Positions 8,030 to 16,292 of a DNA stretch of 24,378 nucleotides are shown here, one piece after another (position 1 is the first letter of the stretch; each line of letters begins with the position of its first letter). The position numbers were made by a program, and so were the translations under genes. The stretch is from positions 1-24,378 of the IMG/VR virus record IMGVR_UViG_3300020045_003708; one strand, written 5' to 3'. The notes below the pieces were generated by a model. It was given only the letters and a program-made list of their open reading frames with translations. It searched no databases and was not told the DNA's origin. Source of the DNA: a virus. Lineage: Duplodnaviria > Caudoviricetes.

Positions 8030-8169
8030 TATATCGAGGCTAAGGCTTCTTGTTCTTCGTTAGCCTCGCATATAGCGCACTTGGCGTGCCCGTATATATC
8101 CCCGTAAGGAGTTTCTACAAAGCCGTCAACACAGTGAGGGTTATCGCAAAGTTCTTTTATGCTTTCCAT
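8029..8169 (-). CDS. Small 4-Cys protein (46 aa, MESIKELCDNPHCVDG...CAIC)
   Basis: Hand-translated; TAATG overlap with the next gene; CxxxxC and CxxC motifs. Confidence 0.6.
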   Translation of the reverse strand: MESIKELCDNPHCVDGFVETPYGDIYGHAKCAICEANEEQEALASI

Positions 8170-8172
8170 GGC

Positions 8173-8655
8173 TTAAATTGTTACTGAAAAAGTTATCTCT
8201 ACGCCTGTGTGGTTAACTGCGGGAGTGGCAACATTCGAGTTGAATATAGGGCGAAGCCTTATTGCTTCAATCAAATAATCGCAACACGTGAAATAGCTTT
8301 TAAAGGTGTTTATAAATTCGAGCGTTAAAAGCTCTTTTGTGATCGTATCAAATTGCCCCGGAACGTTTACCGTTTCCACTTCTAAGTCTGCGTTAATAGG
8401 CTTTGCAATAGTTAGCAAACAATCATATCTCATTTGAGCGTATTTGTTTCGTGAGTTATTAACTACGGGCCCAAAAGTCAGAACCCTATTAACGGCAAAG
8501 AAGCTGTAAGGGTCTAAGTTTTGGAGCTGTGAGCCTGCAATATCTGTCTCAATGTACAAAAGTTCGTTGAAGTTAAAAATATTAGCTAATACGTTGTCAG
8601 GCGTTGTGGCTACAACACAAGTAAAATCTCCGTCTATTGGTTTTAAGATTGGCAT
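8173..8655 (-). CDS. Putative structural protein (tail terminator-like)
   Basis: 160 aa ending in GVEITFSVTI; position in the morphogenesis module. Confidence 0.45.
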   Translation of the reverse strand: MPILKPIDGDFTCVVATTPDNVLANIFNFNELLYIETDIAGSQLQNLDPYSFFAVNRVLTFGPVVNNSRNKYAQMRYDCLLTIAKPINADLEVETVNVPGQFDTITKELLTLEFINTFKSYFTCCDYLIEAIRLRPIFNSNVATPAVNHTGVEITFSVTI

Positions 8656-8659
8656 ATCT

Positions 8660-8803
8660 TTAGTAAGAGTATCTTTGTCTAATGTTTCGCTCTTTAGCTT
8701 GCGCGTAAAAAGTAAGCTTTGTAAGTTCAGGCAAGCCTACAACATTAACGCCTATGTAAAAGTACATTTTTGCTATCATGAATATTACTTTTCTTTTTAC
8801 CAT
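8660..8803 (-). CDS. Small hypothetical protein (47 aa)
   Basis: Hand-translated ORF with 4-nt gaps to both neighbours. Confidence 0.4.
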   Translation of the reverse strand: MVKRKVIFMIAKMYFYIGVNVVGLPELTKLTFYAQAKERNIRQRYSY

Positions 8804-8807
8804 TCTG

Positions 8808-9299
8808 CTACTTTTTAATATTATTATGACTATTAAAGTTTTCTAACTTTACAGCAAATATATCAAATAAAATAGTATAAAAGTTAAATAGTTTTCGATT
8901 ATTATAATTTTGTTCGTTATAATCAACGGCTATCAGCTTTTTATCCGCCCAATATTTGATATAATAGTATTTTTGCATATAGTCATTAGAGACTCCTCCT
9001 TTACTGGGTATGTTGTAAGAGCTGTTCACCTCTTCAACTAAGGCGCTTAAATTGATGATAGCCCTCTCAAACTTATAAGCAAAAGCTTTTTCGGTTATCG
9101 AGAAGTATTTGCCTTTTGGGTTTTTAAACTTTAATCGTTTTTTGAAGCCCTCAAATATTTCGTTTAGGTTTTTTGTCTTTAGTTCCAACCAATCGAAGGC
9201 GTTAACCTCTGCCATGATGTCGTCAACACTTACCCCGATATTAAGCGTTTTGCAATAAAGCTCTTCGTTGTTTAATATTATGCTTTCTTGGTTACTCAT
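8808..9299 (-). CDS. Hypothetical protein, possibly a tail assembly chaperone
   Basis: 163-aa ORF coupled by ATGA to the upstream small ORF; function guessed from position only. Confidence 0.55.
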   Translation of the reverse strand: MSNQESIILNNEELYCKTLNIGVSVDDIMAEVNAFDWLELKTKNLNEIFEGFKKRLKFKNPKGKYFSITEKAFAYKFERAIINLSALVEEVNSSYNIPSKGGVSNDYMQKYYYIKYWADKKLIAVDYNEQNYNNRKLFNFYTILFDIFAVKLENFNSHNNIKK

Positions 9300-9454
9300 T
9301 TTACCTCTATACTGCTAAGTAAATGCCCCCAATTATTAAAACCTTTTTGCTCTGCGACTATGTCTAACGCCTGTGTATGGGTTATACCCGCCATTTTTTT
9401 AATTGTTTTAGCTTGTCGTTTTAGATATTCTAGCGTATTTTTTTTCTTTTCCAT
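9296..9454 (-). CDS. Small helical protein (52 aa) with LKRQAKTIKK..GITHTQALDIVAEQKGFNNW motif (Glyoxalase_8/DUF5623-like N-terminal domain)
   Basis: Hand-translated; ATGA overlap with the next gene; has its own promoter and structured leader. Confidence 0.65.
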   Translation of the reverse strand: MEKKKNTLEYLKRQAKTIKKMAGITHTQALDIVAEQKGFNNWGHLLSSIEVK

Positions 9455-9457
9455 AAT

Positions 9458-9531
9458 ATAAAAAAGTTAGCCCCAACACTCGCTACAAATGAAGGGGCTT
9501 TAAAAGTTAGTTGTAGCGAATTACAAATATA
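9458..9531 (-). promoter_or_regulatory. -7 promoter box plus structured 5' leader
   Basis: TATATTTG at 9531-9524; TCGCTACAA/TTGTAGCGA and AGCCCC/GGGGCT complementary pairs are interleaved. Confidence 0.6.
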
Positions 9532-9546
9532 GTAATTAATTTGTTA

Positions 9547-9837
9547 CTATTTATAAGTTAGGTTAGAAAAAGTTTGCCCGCTTTCAGTCATAACGTAATT
9601 AGGCTGCTCTTTATAAAGCGGGATAGGCTTAAAGCCTTGTGTTATTATAAAGGCGTAGCAGGCTTTTGTATAGTTGTCCGCTAATACGTCCCCGTCCGCC
9701 ATATGGTGGTAGCCGAAGGACTCTCTGAAAAAATCGCAAAAAGCGTCGTACTCTACTTCTCTTTCGATTACTTGGTACTCGTGGCCTAATACTTTGTTGT
9801 ATTGGCGGTTGTCAATAATTGTTCTAAGTGCAAACAT
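9547..9837 (-). CDS. Hypothetical protein
   Basis: 96-aa ORF on the coding strand ending in YVMTESGQTFSNL. Confidence 0.7.
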   Translation of the reverse strand: MFALRTIIDNRQYNKVLGHEYQVIEREVEYDAFCDFFRESFGYHHMADGDVLADNYTKACYAFIITQGFKPIPLYKEQPNYVMTESGQTFSNLTYK

Positions 9838-9886
9838 TGTGTGTATATTTATGTGTTTATATTTTGTAAAAGTAGTATTTAATTTG

Positions 9887-11209
9887 TTACGCCCAACCTC
9901 CAGAGGCTTTTAATTCGAAAACCATCCTCATAATTAAACTGTCAAAGAAATCGGGAGAGCGTCCTGTGCGCAATTTGTGCGCGCTCTTTTTCTCTAATTT
10001 TATTTTTCCTTCGTCGTCCAAAGGCTCTCGGCAAATGTTCTCTAAATCGGCTATTATTTGCTTTCTAAATTCCTGATCTTGGCAGTAGATTAAGTTAGCT
10101 TCGATTAATTCTTTTAGCTTAAAAGCGCACTCGGTTTTTAAGTTCCCATAGTTTTTGCCTTTGATCGGCTGCGCGTTGTTGGTAAATGGTCGAGAGGCTG
10201 TTAGCTTTTTAAGGCTGTTAGCTGTAAACTTTCGTAAGCCGTCAGCATCGTAAACAATATGCGAATAAGGGATTTTATACTGCTCAGCTAATAGTATTAA
10301 CTTATTACCAATTGCGGTTTCATCAATTTTATCTATCGCTATCACCTTTTCAATTACGAAGCCGTCCCAGATTGTCACCACGAAAACGTCTGCACCTAGA
10401 TAGGCAATATCTCCACTCATGTATCTTTGTCCTGTCTTTTGAACAAAAGAGTTAGTAAAGAAGTTGCAAATGTCGTTAAAGTCATACATCGATAGTGGGC
10501 TATCGTCATACTCCCAGTCCCCCTCTAAAAGTCTTTTCTTTTCGTTCGGTGTTAATATCTCGTTAAGGTGTTCAAGATATCCGCTCGATAGCTTTTTGTT
10601 ATCGGTTGGCAAAGCTTGGATAAAAGCTTTATAGGCTTGTAGCGTTCCATCTAAGAAACGTTTGTAGTATTCAGCATAGAGATAGTTCTTTTTAGGGTTA
10701 CACGTCTGTAATAGCTTTCTGTGCAATCCGTAGTCGTCATTTTTCCACCTTCCCACAGATGCAAAGAGGTTATTCTTTGCCGCCTCTTCAAACTCTCCCG
10801 CCTCTTCAATCCAGCCTCTTGTCATTTGCATAGAACCGAAGCGCTCGAAAAGTGGATCGCTTGGAAGGTAGGCAGCTTCTAACAAGAAAAGCTTTGAGCC
10901 ATTGTGGAATTCATAAAAATTATCTTGCCCGTTGTGCTTGTAGTAGCGTTCGGTTATACCCCAAGAGTTAAAAACCTCATGGATAGAAGGGATTGTAAAT
11001 TTTCGAAGGTCGTTTAGTTTCTTTCGCGCGATAAAGGTATGTATTCCGGGGTACATAAGGCAGTCGCCTATGATAAGCGAGCAACCCAAAAAACTTTTTC
11101 CTGATCCCTTAGAGCCCCCATAAACGATGTCCGTTGTCGTGGAATTAGCCCAAAGGCGATAAACTTCTTTTTGCTTAGTGTTGCCGTTAGAGTTGAAAGT
11201 TAATTGCAT
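9887..11209 (-). CDS. terL: Terminase large subunit (PBSX/Terminase_3-like)
   Basis: Walker A YGGSKGSGKS, Walker B GWIEEAGE, coupling motif TCNP, nuclease acidic motifs GDIA and SPDFFDS. Confidence 0.95.
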   Translation of the reverse strand: MQLTFNSNGNTKQKEVYRLWANSTTTDIVYGGSKGSGKSFLGCSLIIGDCLMYPGIHTFIARKKLNDLRKFTIPSIHEVFNSWGITERYYKHNGQDNFYEFHNGSKLFLLEAAYLPSDPLFERFGSMQMTRGWIEEAGEFEEAAKNNLFASVGRWKNDDYGLHRKLLQTCNPKKNYLYAEYYKRFLDGTLQAYKAFIQALPTDNKKLSSGYLEHLNEILTPNEKKRLLEGDWEYDDSPLSMYDFNDICNFFTNSFVQKTGQRYMSGDIAYLGADVFVVTIWDGFVIEKVIAIDKIDETAIGNKLILLAEQYKIPYSHIVYDADGLRKFTANSLKKLTASRPFTNNAQPIKGKNYGNLKTECAFKLKELIEANLIYCQDQEFRKQIIADLENICREPLDDEGKIKLEKKSAHKLRTGRSPDFFDSLIMRMVFELKASGGWA

Positions 11210-11683
11210 CTATTCAACTATTATCCCGGTTATTTGTTTTATAGGCTCTCCCCCTGTAGTAATATCTTTCCGGATTGGCGCGTATTCACCATCCATCTTG
11301 TTGAGTTCTGCGATTGCTGCTTTAACCTCCGCCCCGGAGTAGTATTCGACTTTTTGGATTCCTGCATCTGTGATAACTTCCCTCCAAGCTTTTATTTCAC
11401 CCGTGGCAATTTTGCTTAAAAGCTCCATCCGTTTGTACTTATTCAAAATAGCCTTTTTAGCGGCTTTTTTTTCTTCTTTGATGATAAAGGCAGTCTTTGC
11501 GGATTTGATTGCTTCTGAGGCGGCGTTAAACCTTCTCTGAGCTTCATACCAGTAGTTGTCGAAAGTGCTATCAGATATATCCCAAATTTTCTTAAATTTT
11601 CCTAAAGCATCTGTATAGCGAATACCCCAATCCATTTCGGAGAGGATTTCGTTAACTGCAAATTCTTTGTGTGGCTTAATCAT
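11210..11683 (-). CDS. terS: Terminase small subunit
   Basis: 157 aa abutting terL; helical N-terminus and KAAIAELNKMDG...DITTGGEPI C-terminus. Confidence 0.75.
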   Translation of the reverse strand: MIKPHKEFAVNEILSEMDWGIRYTDALGKFKKIWDISDSTFDNYWYEAQRRFNAASEAIKSAKTAFIIKEEKKAAKKAILNKYKRMELLSKIATGEIKAWREVITDAGIQKVEYYSGAEVKAAIAELNKMDGEYAPIRKDITTGGEPIKQITGIIVE

Positions 11684-11687
11684 GCGT

Positions 11688-11720
11688 CAAAGATATAAAT
11701 TTATTTTAGTTAAAAGCAAA
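11688..11720 (-). promoter_or_regulatory. Promoter of the terminase operon
   Basis: TTTG (11720-11717), 21-nt spacer, TATCTTTG (11695-11688). Confidence 0.7.
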
Positions 11721-12150
11721 ATAAACAAAGGAAAAAACATTGTTTACGTGCAAATACTCTGATTAATAAGCACTTAGCTTTTTAGGGAAACAAAGATAAA
11801 ACCTATTGTTTACGCTCTCAGCCCAATAACGACGGGGCTTAAGCTCAAAACGTAAACAAAGAAACAATAAACACGTTAACTTTGTTGGCGCTGTGGGGAC
11901 TCTCACGTGCGTATACGTGTATGTATGCGTTATATATACGTGTTATATATGTTATTATATAATATAATTATATACTTATATTAATATTATTGTTTACTTT
12001 GTTTACATTAGCCCTTAGCCCTTGTAAAATAAGGGCTTAACACGTAAACAATGATTGTTTATTATTGTTTACTTTGTTGCCTTTTTAGGCTAAAAAAGCA
12101 AAAAGCCTATCTGAAAGTTAGGCTTTTTATTGTTTCTTTGTTTACGTTTT
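11721..12150. repeat. Non-coding region with eight TTGTTTAC/GTAAACAA copies around an AT-rich core; candidate origin or packaging/terminus region
   Basis: Copies start at 11740, 11806, 11852 (rc), 11990, 11999, 12044 (rc), 12065 and 12138; about 11943-11991 is almost pure A/T. Confidence 0.65.
12100..12128 (-). terminator. Intrinsic terminator ending the replication operon
   Basis: AAAAAGCCTA-loop-TAGGCTTTTT inverted repeat just downstream of the exonuclease stop. Confidence 0.65.
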
Positions 12151-12154
12151 ACTT

Positions 12155-12739
12155 TTATAACTCGAATTGAATTCCCGAAACTATCCTGTAAACTTCTCGA
12201 GTTAATAATACATCATAGTTTGCATCGTGCAATTTCGAATCGTCAACTACAATACCCACCTCCTTTGCTACTGTCATAAGTTTAAAGTTTTGCATTTTAG
12301 TCCTTCTTTCAATCAAATATTGACTTGCTAAAACCATAGCGTCTAAACTCCCTGCATGAAACCAAGAGCCAAAAAAGGTGTCCCCGTTTTGGGTAAACCA
12401 AGCCCTAAGAAAGTTATCGTCAAAGTGAGAGTTATTGTACCCAACCAAGTAAATCTTATCTTTAGTGTTGTAGGGGTCGCAATGGCGAGTTAAGAGGGCT
12501 TTAAGCTTTCTGAATATAATCCCCATTTCTGGATAACCTTTTATTTGCTCCTCAGTCACGTTTCCGACTTCTAAGGCTTTGGCTTCAATCTTTGCTTTTG
12601 GGTTAGGTGCTACGTTCCAGTTAAACGTCTCTACTATTTTCCCGTCTATTTCCAAGCATCCCGCTATTTGATGTATTCCGTTTTGTCTGTGGTCTACGCC
12701 TGTAGTCTCAAGGTCGTAAAAGAATTTCTTTACTTGCAT
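12155..12739 (-). CDS. DEDDh 3'-5' exonuclease (DnaQ-like)
   Basis: ExoI DLETTG, ExoII GYNNSHFD, ExoIII HDANYD. Confidence 0.92.
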   Translation of the reverse strand: MQVKKFFYDLETTGVDHRQNGIHQIAGCLEIDGKIVETFNWNVAPNPKAKIEAKALEVGNVTEEQIKGYPEMGIIFRKLKALLTRHCDPYNTKDKIYLVGYNNSHFDDNFLRAWFTQNGDTFFGSWFHAGSLDAMVLASQYLIERRTKMQNFKLMTVAKEVGIVVDDSKLHDANYDVLLTREVYRIVSGIQFEL

Positions 12740-12741
12740 AA

Positions 12742-12984
12742 CTATCTCGGCTTAAAACTATTTTCAAATTGCTTATTTATTAACTGGCTTTGTTCTAATT
12801 CTGCCTCAAGTTTTCTTTTTTCTATCGATAAGCGATACATTTTTAAAACCATCCTCGCGTTATTATCTAAAATTTCACCGTTTTCTGCACGAAGAAATCT
12901 ATTGTTTTGCCTACTCAAAGCCAAATTAATAGCTAAAATACAAACAACTATTACCAGCCCTAAAATTAATAAAGTGTCTATCAT
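12742..12984 (-). CDS. Small membrane-anchored coiled-coil protein
   Basis: N-terminal hydrophobic helix LLILGLVIVVCILAINLAL. Confidence 0.65.
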   Translation of the reverse strand: MIDTLLILGLVIVVCILAINLALSRQNNRFLRAENGEILDNNARMVLKMYRLSIEKRKLEAELEQSQLINKQFENSFKPR

Positions 12985-13100
12985 TTGGTTGCTATTTTAT
13001 GGAAGGCGTTAGTAACTTGTGTATTGTCGTGCAAATAGATATTGTTGCACTTCTGTAGCCCCGCATAAAAGCGTTCTACGTTTGATTGTTGTTTTTTCAT
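12981..13100 (-). CDS. Small hypothetical protein (39 aa)
   Basis: Hand-translated; ATGA overlaps at both ends. Confidence 0.5.
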   Translation of the reverse strand: MKKQQSNVERFYAGLQKCNNIYLHDNTQVTNAFHKIATK

Positions 13101-13252
13101 ATCTCTTCTATTTTTGTTACCCGTTTATAAACTTTTATTCTGTACTCAAAGAACTGCAAAGCCCCTTGTACCGTTCCGGCCTCGATTGTTGTCTCGCAAT
13201 CCACGCACTCGTCATTTTGTTCAGCTAAGTAGCTAATTAAGTATTTACGCAT
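13097..13252 (-). CDS. Small hypothetical protein (51 aa, MRKYLISYLAEQ...)
   Basis: Hand-translated; overlaps both neighbours in a coupled chain. Confidence 0.55.
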   Translation of the reverse strand: MRKYLISYLAEQNDECVDCETTIEAGTVQGALQFFEYRIKVYKRVTKIEEI

Positions 13253-13436
13253 TCTTTTTGTATTTAATTTTCCATCTACCTATTAAGGGGTTATATCCTT
13301 CTTTTGATAGAAAGCTACTCACAACATGCGCAGATAAATCTGGTTTACTTCCTCGGTCTGCGTAATCAAAACAAAGAATATTTGAGGGCTTATCTATTGC
13401 GAGATAGTGGTACTTTATGTTTAATATCCTACTCAT
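13245..13436 (-). CDS. Hypothetical protein
   Basis: 63-aa ORF with TAATG coupling to the upstream ORF. Confidence 0.55.
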   Translation of the reverse strand: MSRILNIKYHYLAIDKPSNILCFDYADRGSKPDLSAHVVSSFLSKEGYNPLIGRWKIKYKKNA

Positions 13437-13573
13437 TATTTAAAAGGTTTAGTTTCGTTAGGTGCGAAAGACTTTCCTTCGCTTAATGCTTCTGTGATTG
13501 TGTCGCTTAATAAGTAAAGGATCACGAACGGGATTAAAAAAGCGATTACGCTTAAAATATAGGTTGTTGTCAT
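13436..13573 (-). CDS. Small membrane protein (45 aa)
   Basis: Hand-translated MTTTYILSVIAFLIPFVILYLLSD..., one hydrophobic helix. Confidence 0.55.
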   Translation of the reverse strand: MTTTYILSVIAFLIPFVILYLLSDTITEALSEGKSFAPNETKPFK

Positions 13574-13591
13574 TTTATTTGAGTTTTTATA

Positions 13592-13942
13592 TTATCTTAT
13601 TAAAATAAATTCTGCCTCTGCTTTTTCTATCCCTGTTATCTTCTTAAATTCTTTCAAAGTAATTGTTTTTCTGTCTCCATCAACTAAGTCGAACTCGTTT
13701 ATTTCTCTATCAGCGTTCCAAAAAGAACCGTGGGTAATATTTAACATCTTTATTTGACCCTCAAATTTTAATAACGCATAATTATTGTCTTCGTGGTTTT
13801 TCCTTGTCAATACGCTTCCTATTTTTAGGTAAGGCTTTTTATCCTCAAAAGCAGCAGGGAATAGAACCTCTAAAACTTTTTTTGTCTTAGGGCATAATTT
13901 TGAAGCCTCTAAAATAGCTTCTTGGGTGATTTCGTATATCAT
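13592..13942 (-). CDS. Hypothetical protein
   Basis: 116-aa ORF downstream of a conserved promoter repeat. Confidence 0.7.
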   Translation of the reverse strand: MIYEITQEAILEASKLCPKTKKVLEVLFPAAFEDKKPYLKIGSVLTRKNHEDNNYALLKFEGQIKMLNITHGSFWNADREINEFDLVDGDRKTITLKEFKKITGIEKAEAEFILIR

Positions 13943-13964
13943 AATTGTAGTGCTTAATTTTTAC

Positions 13965-14026
13965 CAAAGATAACACATAATTAGAGATATAAAAATAATT
14001 TTACATAAAAATTAAAAATTATTTTT
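13965..14026 (-). promoter_or_regulatory. Conserved ~62-bp promoter repeat, copy 1
   Basis: TATCTTTG -7 box plus the GAGATATAAAAATAA core shared with 19630 and 23319. Confidence 0.75.
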
Positions 14027-15388
14027 ATACTTATCAATTTTTGCCCTAACGGCTTGCATCAAAATCTCCTGCGTGTCTCGCTTTCCGTCTAATGAAAGTA
14101 CTACGCTCTCGTCCTCTGTGCCTCTTGCTATAAGGTGTCCGATGTTTACCGGGTACTTTCTCCCCTGCCTGTGTAGCCTTTTATTAAATTGCATATAAAG
14201 TTCTAAACTCCAATTAAGACTAAACCAAAGAGCAGAGCTGTAACCCTCTTGTAAGTTCAATCCGTGTCCTCCTGAGGCTGGATGCATTAACATAACTTGT
14301 ATTTTGCCTGCGTTCCAATCTTTAATATCTTGATCGGTTTTTAACCTTACGGGTTTATACTTTGCTAACTTAACCAAAAGCCTTTCGAGTTCATGCTTAT
14401 AGGTGTAGGCGATTAATACGGGCTTGCCGTTGGCAGCTTCGATAAATTCCTCAGTAGCTTCCAGCTTCAAGTCGTGAATAACATGTACGCCTCTGTCTTC
14501 GTCGTAGATTGCGCCACCTGCAAACTGTAAAAGTTTATTTGATAAAGCTGCGGCGTTCATTGCTGTAATCTCTGTTTCATCCTCGTTAAACATTTCAAGA
14601 ACTTTCTCACGTTCGAAGTCGTTGTACTTTTTCATAAGAGCTGGAGGAAACTCGATATTAATAAAAGAGTCGATACGTTCAGGGAGTTCCAAATAATCCT
14701 CTGACTTCATCGAAATACAAATATCTGTAAGTTTATTATGTATGCGCTCGTCGCTATCGTTTAAAGCATCGTAGCTAAAGCCGTTGTAACTTTTACGAAA
14801 GTAGTTATCTCTAAACCAGCTTATAGTCTTGCCAAGTCGTTCGCCTCTGTCTAAAAGCCATATTTGCGCCCATAAGTCGATTAATCCGTTTGGTGCTGGT
14901 GTGCCTGTGAGGATCACAACTCTTTTAAAACAAGCCTGCACTTGCTTCAAGGCTTTGAACCTAAGCGAAGCATGGTTTTTAAACGAGCTACTTTCATCAA
15001 TCACCAAAACATCAAACGGTAGCATAGAACCTCCGAACAAGCCACATAACCAAGCCACGTTATCCCGACTGATTAAATATATGTGCGCTTTTTCACTTAG
15101 AGCTGCTTTTCGTTGTTTTTCAGTGCCGATGATCTTACTTGTCGTTAATCCTTTTAAATGTTCCCAGTTATTTATTTCGGCATCCCACACGCTTTCTGCC
15201 ACCCGTTTTGGGGCTATAACTAAAACGCTATCAATTTCCAACTCCTCAAAAATTAGTTTCTTAATTGCGGTTAAAGTTGTCGCCGTTTTGCCTAAGCCCA
15301 TATCTACGAATAATCCTACAAAATTATTATGCATTATGTGTTTAACCATTTGTTTTTGATACCCGTGTAATTGACTTTCTTTTAACAT
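14012..15388 (-). CDS. SNF2-family (SF2) helicase
   Basis: DMGLGKT, IDESS, LTGTP, GHGLNLQ and QFNKRLHRQG motifs. Confidence 0.95.
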   Translation of the reverse strand: MLKESQLHGYQKQMVKHIMHNNFVGLFVDMGLGKTATTLTAIKKLIFEELEIDSVLVIAPKRVAESVWDAEINNWEHLKGLTTSKIIGTEKQRKAALSEKAHIYLISRDNVAWLCGLFGGSMLPFDVLVIDESSSFKNHASLRFKALKQVQACFKRVVILTGTPAPNGLIDLWAQIWLLDRGERLGKTISWFRDNYFRKSYNGFSYDALNDSDERIHNKLTDICISMKSEDYLELPERIDSFINIEFPPALMKKYNDFEREKVLEMFNEDETEITAMNAAALSNKLLQFAGGAIYDEDRGVHVIHDLKLEATEEFIEAANGKPVLIAYTYKHELERLLVKLAKYKPVRLKTDQDIKDWNAGKIQVMLMHPASGGHGLNLQEGYSSALWFSLNWSLELYMQFNKRLHRQGRKYPVNIGHLIARGTEDESVVLSLDGKRDTQEILMQAVRAKIDKYKNNF

Positions 15389-15900
15389 TTTTCTATTTGT
15401 TTTAAGCGTTCTTGGTAGGCTTCATGTGCGTCTATTTCATTTAGGTAAGATCCTAAATGTATCTGTTTTCCGTTAAGTACAATTACTGAAATCCAGCGTT
15501 TATCTCGGCTTTTCCAATAAACTCCAGTATATTCGCTCGTACTCGGTAAATGTTTTTGGTTAGCATTTTTACGCTGTGAAGTTATTTCTAAATTGTCTTT
15601 TCTGTTATTGCTTCGGTCAAAATCTTTATGGTTAATTACGGCTTTAAATCCGTTTATAGTATGTCCTAAAAAGGCAACCGCTACTAATTGATGAATCCTA
15701 AACATTTTATACTTTTGTTTATCGCACAAAAGTATATAAGAATAGCCTTTATTATCTACGCTTATTTTTAATGCTTTGCCCTTGATTATTCGAAAGCCAA
15801 AACGACTTTTTACTCTTTTGTTTAAACTCCTCAAATTCCCTAAACTACTAATCTCGTAGCTACTTTCGTAACCCGCTACGTTTTTCCAATCTTCTTGCAT
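15382..15900 (-). CDS. NUMOD4-HNH-AP2 free-standing homing endonuclease
   Basis: NUMOD4 WKNVAGYESSYEISSLGNLRS; HNH HQLVAVAFL..INHKDFDRSNNRKDNL; AP2-like TSEYTGVYW...HLGSYLNEIDAHEAY. Confidence 0.9.
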   Translation of the reverse strand: MQEDWKNVAGYESSYEISSLGNLRSLNKRVKSRFGFRIIKGKALKISVDNKGYSYILLCDKQKYKMFRIHQLVAVAFLGHTINGFKAVINHKDFDRSNNRKDNLEITSQRKNANQKHLPSTSEYTGVYWKSRDKRWISVIVLNGKQIHLGSYLNEIDAHEAYQERLKQIEKC

Positions 15901-15904
15901 AAAA

Positions 15905-15999
15905 AGTAAAAGCCCACAAATTAAGAGGTGGAAGGCTCTCGCATTGCAGGCAATTATAAAAGTTTATATTACGGCTTCCACTCCGTTACGCCAAAGATA
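15905..15999 (-). promoter_or_regulatory. -7 promoter box plus structured leader of the HNH gene
   Basis: TATCTTTG at 15999-15992; hairpin ACGG-AGTGGAAG-CCGT whose loop is complementary to CTTCCAC in the loop of a second hairpin. Confidence 0.6.
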
Positions 16000-16004
16000 C
16001 AAAA

Positions 16005-16292
16005 TTAATTTGCTATTTCTTTTATAAAATTATTAATCTTTTCGGTTGTATCGAGTATCCAAACTTTAAAGCCTAACGCCTCTAATCGTTTGTGGATTAC
16101 TCTTTGTATTGTATTTGGCTTTTGGCCTTCGCTTTTCATTTCAACAAAATAAGCTTTTCCTCTGGGAAGCAGACAAAGCCTATCCGGTAAGCCCGTAACT
16201 TGAAAGGGTAAGAGCTTAATAGCCCACCCTTTCAAAGCTTTAACCTCAGCAACTAATTTGCGCTCGAGGTTCTTTTCGGACTCCTTTAACAT
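16005..16292 (-). CDS. VRR-NUC domain nuclease
   Basis: ESEKNLE, GLPDRLCL, FVEMK and IQRVIHKRLEALGFKVWILD PD-(D/E)XK pattern. Confidence 0.92.
   Translation of the reverse strand: MLKESEKNLERKLVAEVKALKGWAIKLLPFQVTGLPDRLCLLPRGKAYFVEMKSEGQKPNTIQRVIHKRLEALGFKVWILDTTEKINNFIKEIAN

Noticed and set aside
15382-16292. Duplication suggested by VRR-NUC and helicase both starting MLKES after an ATGTTAA overlap
   Set aside because: Nucleotide identity does not extend beyond about 8 nt, too short to call a target-site duplication
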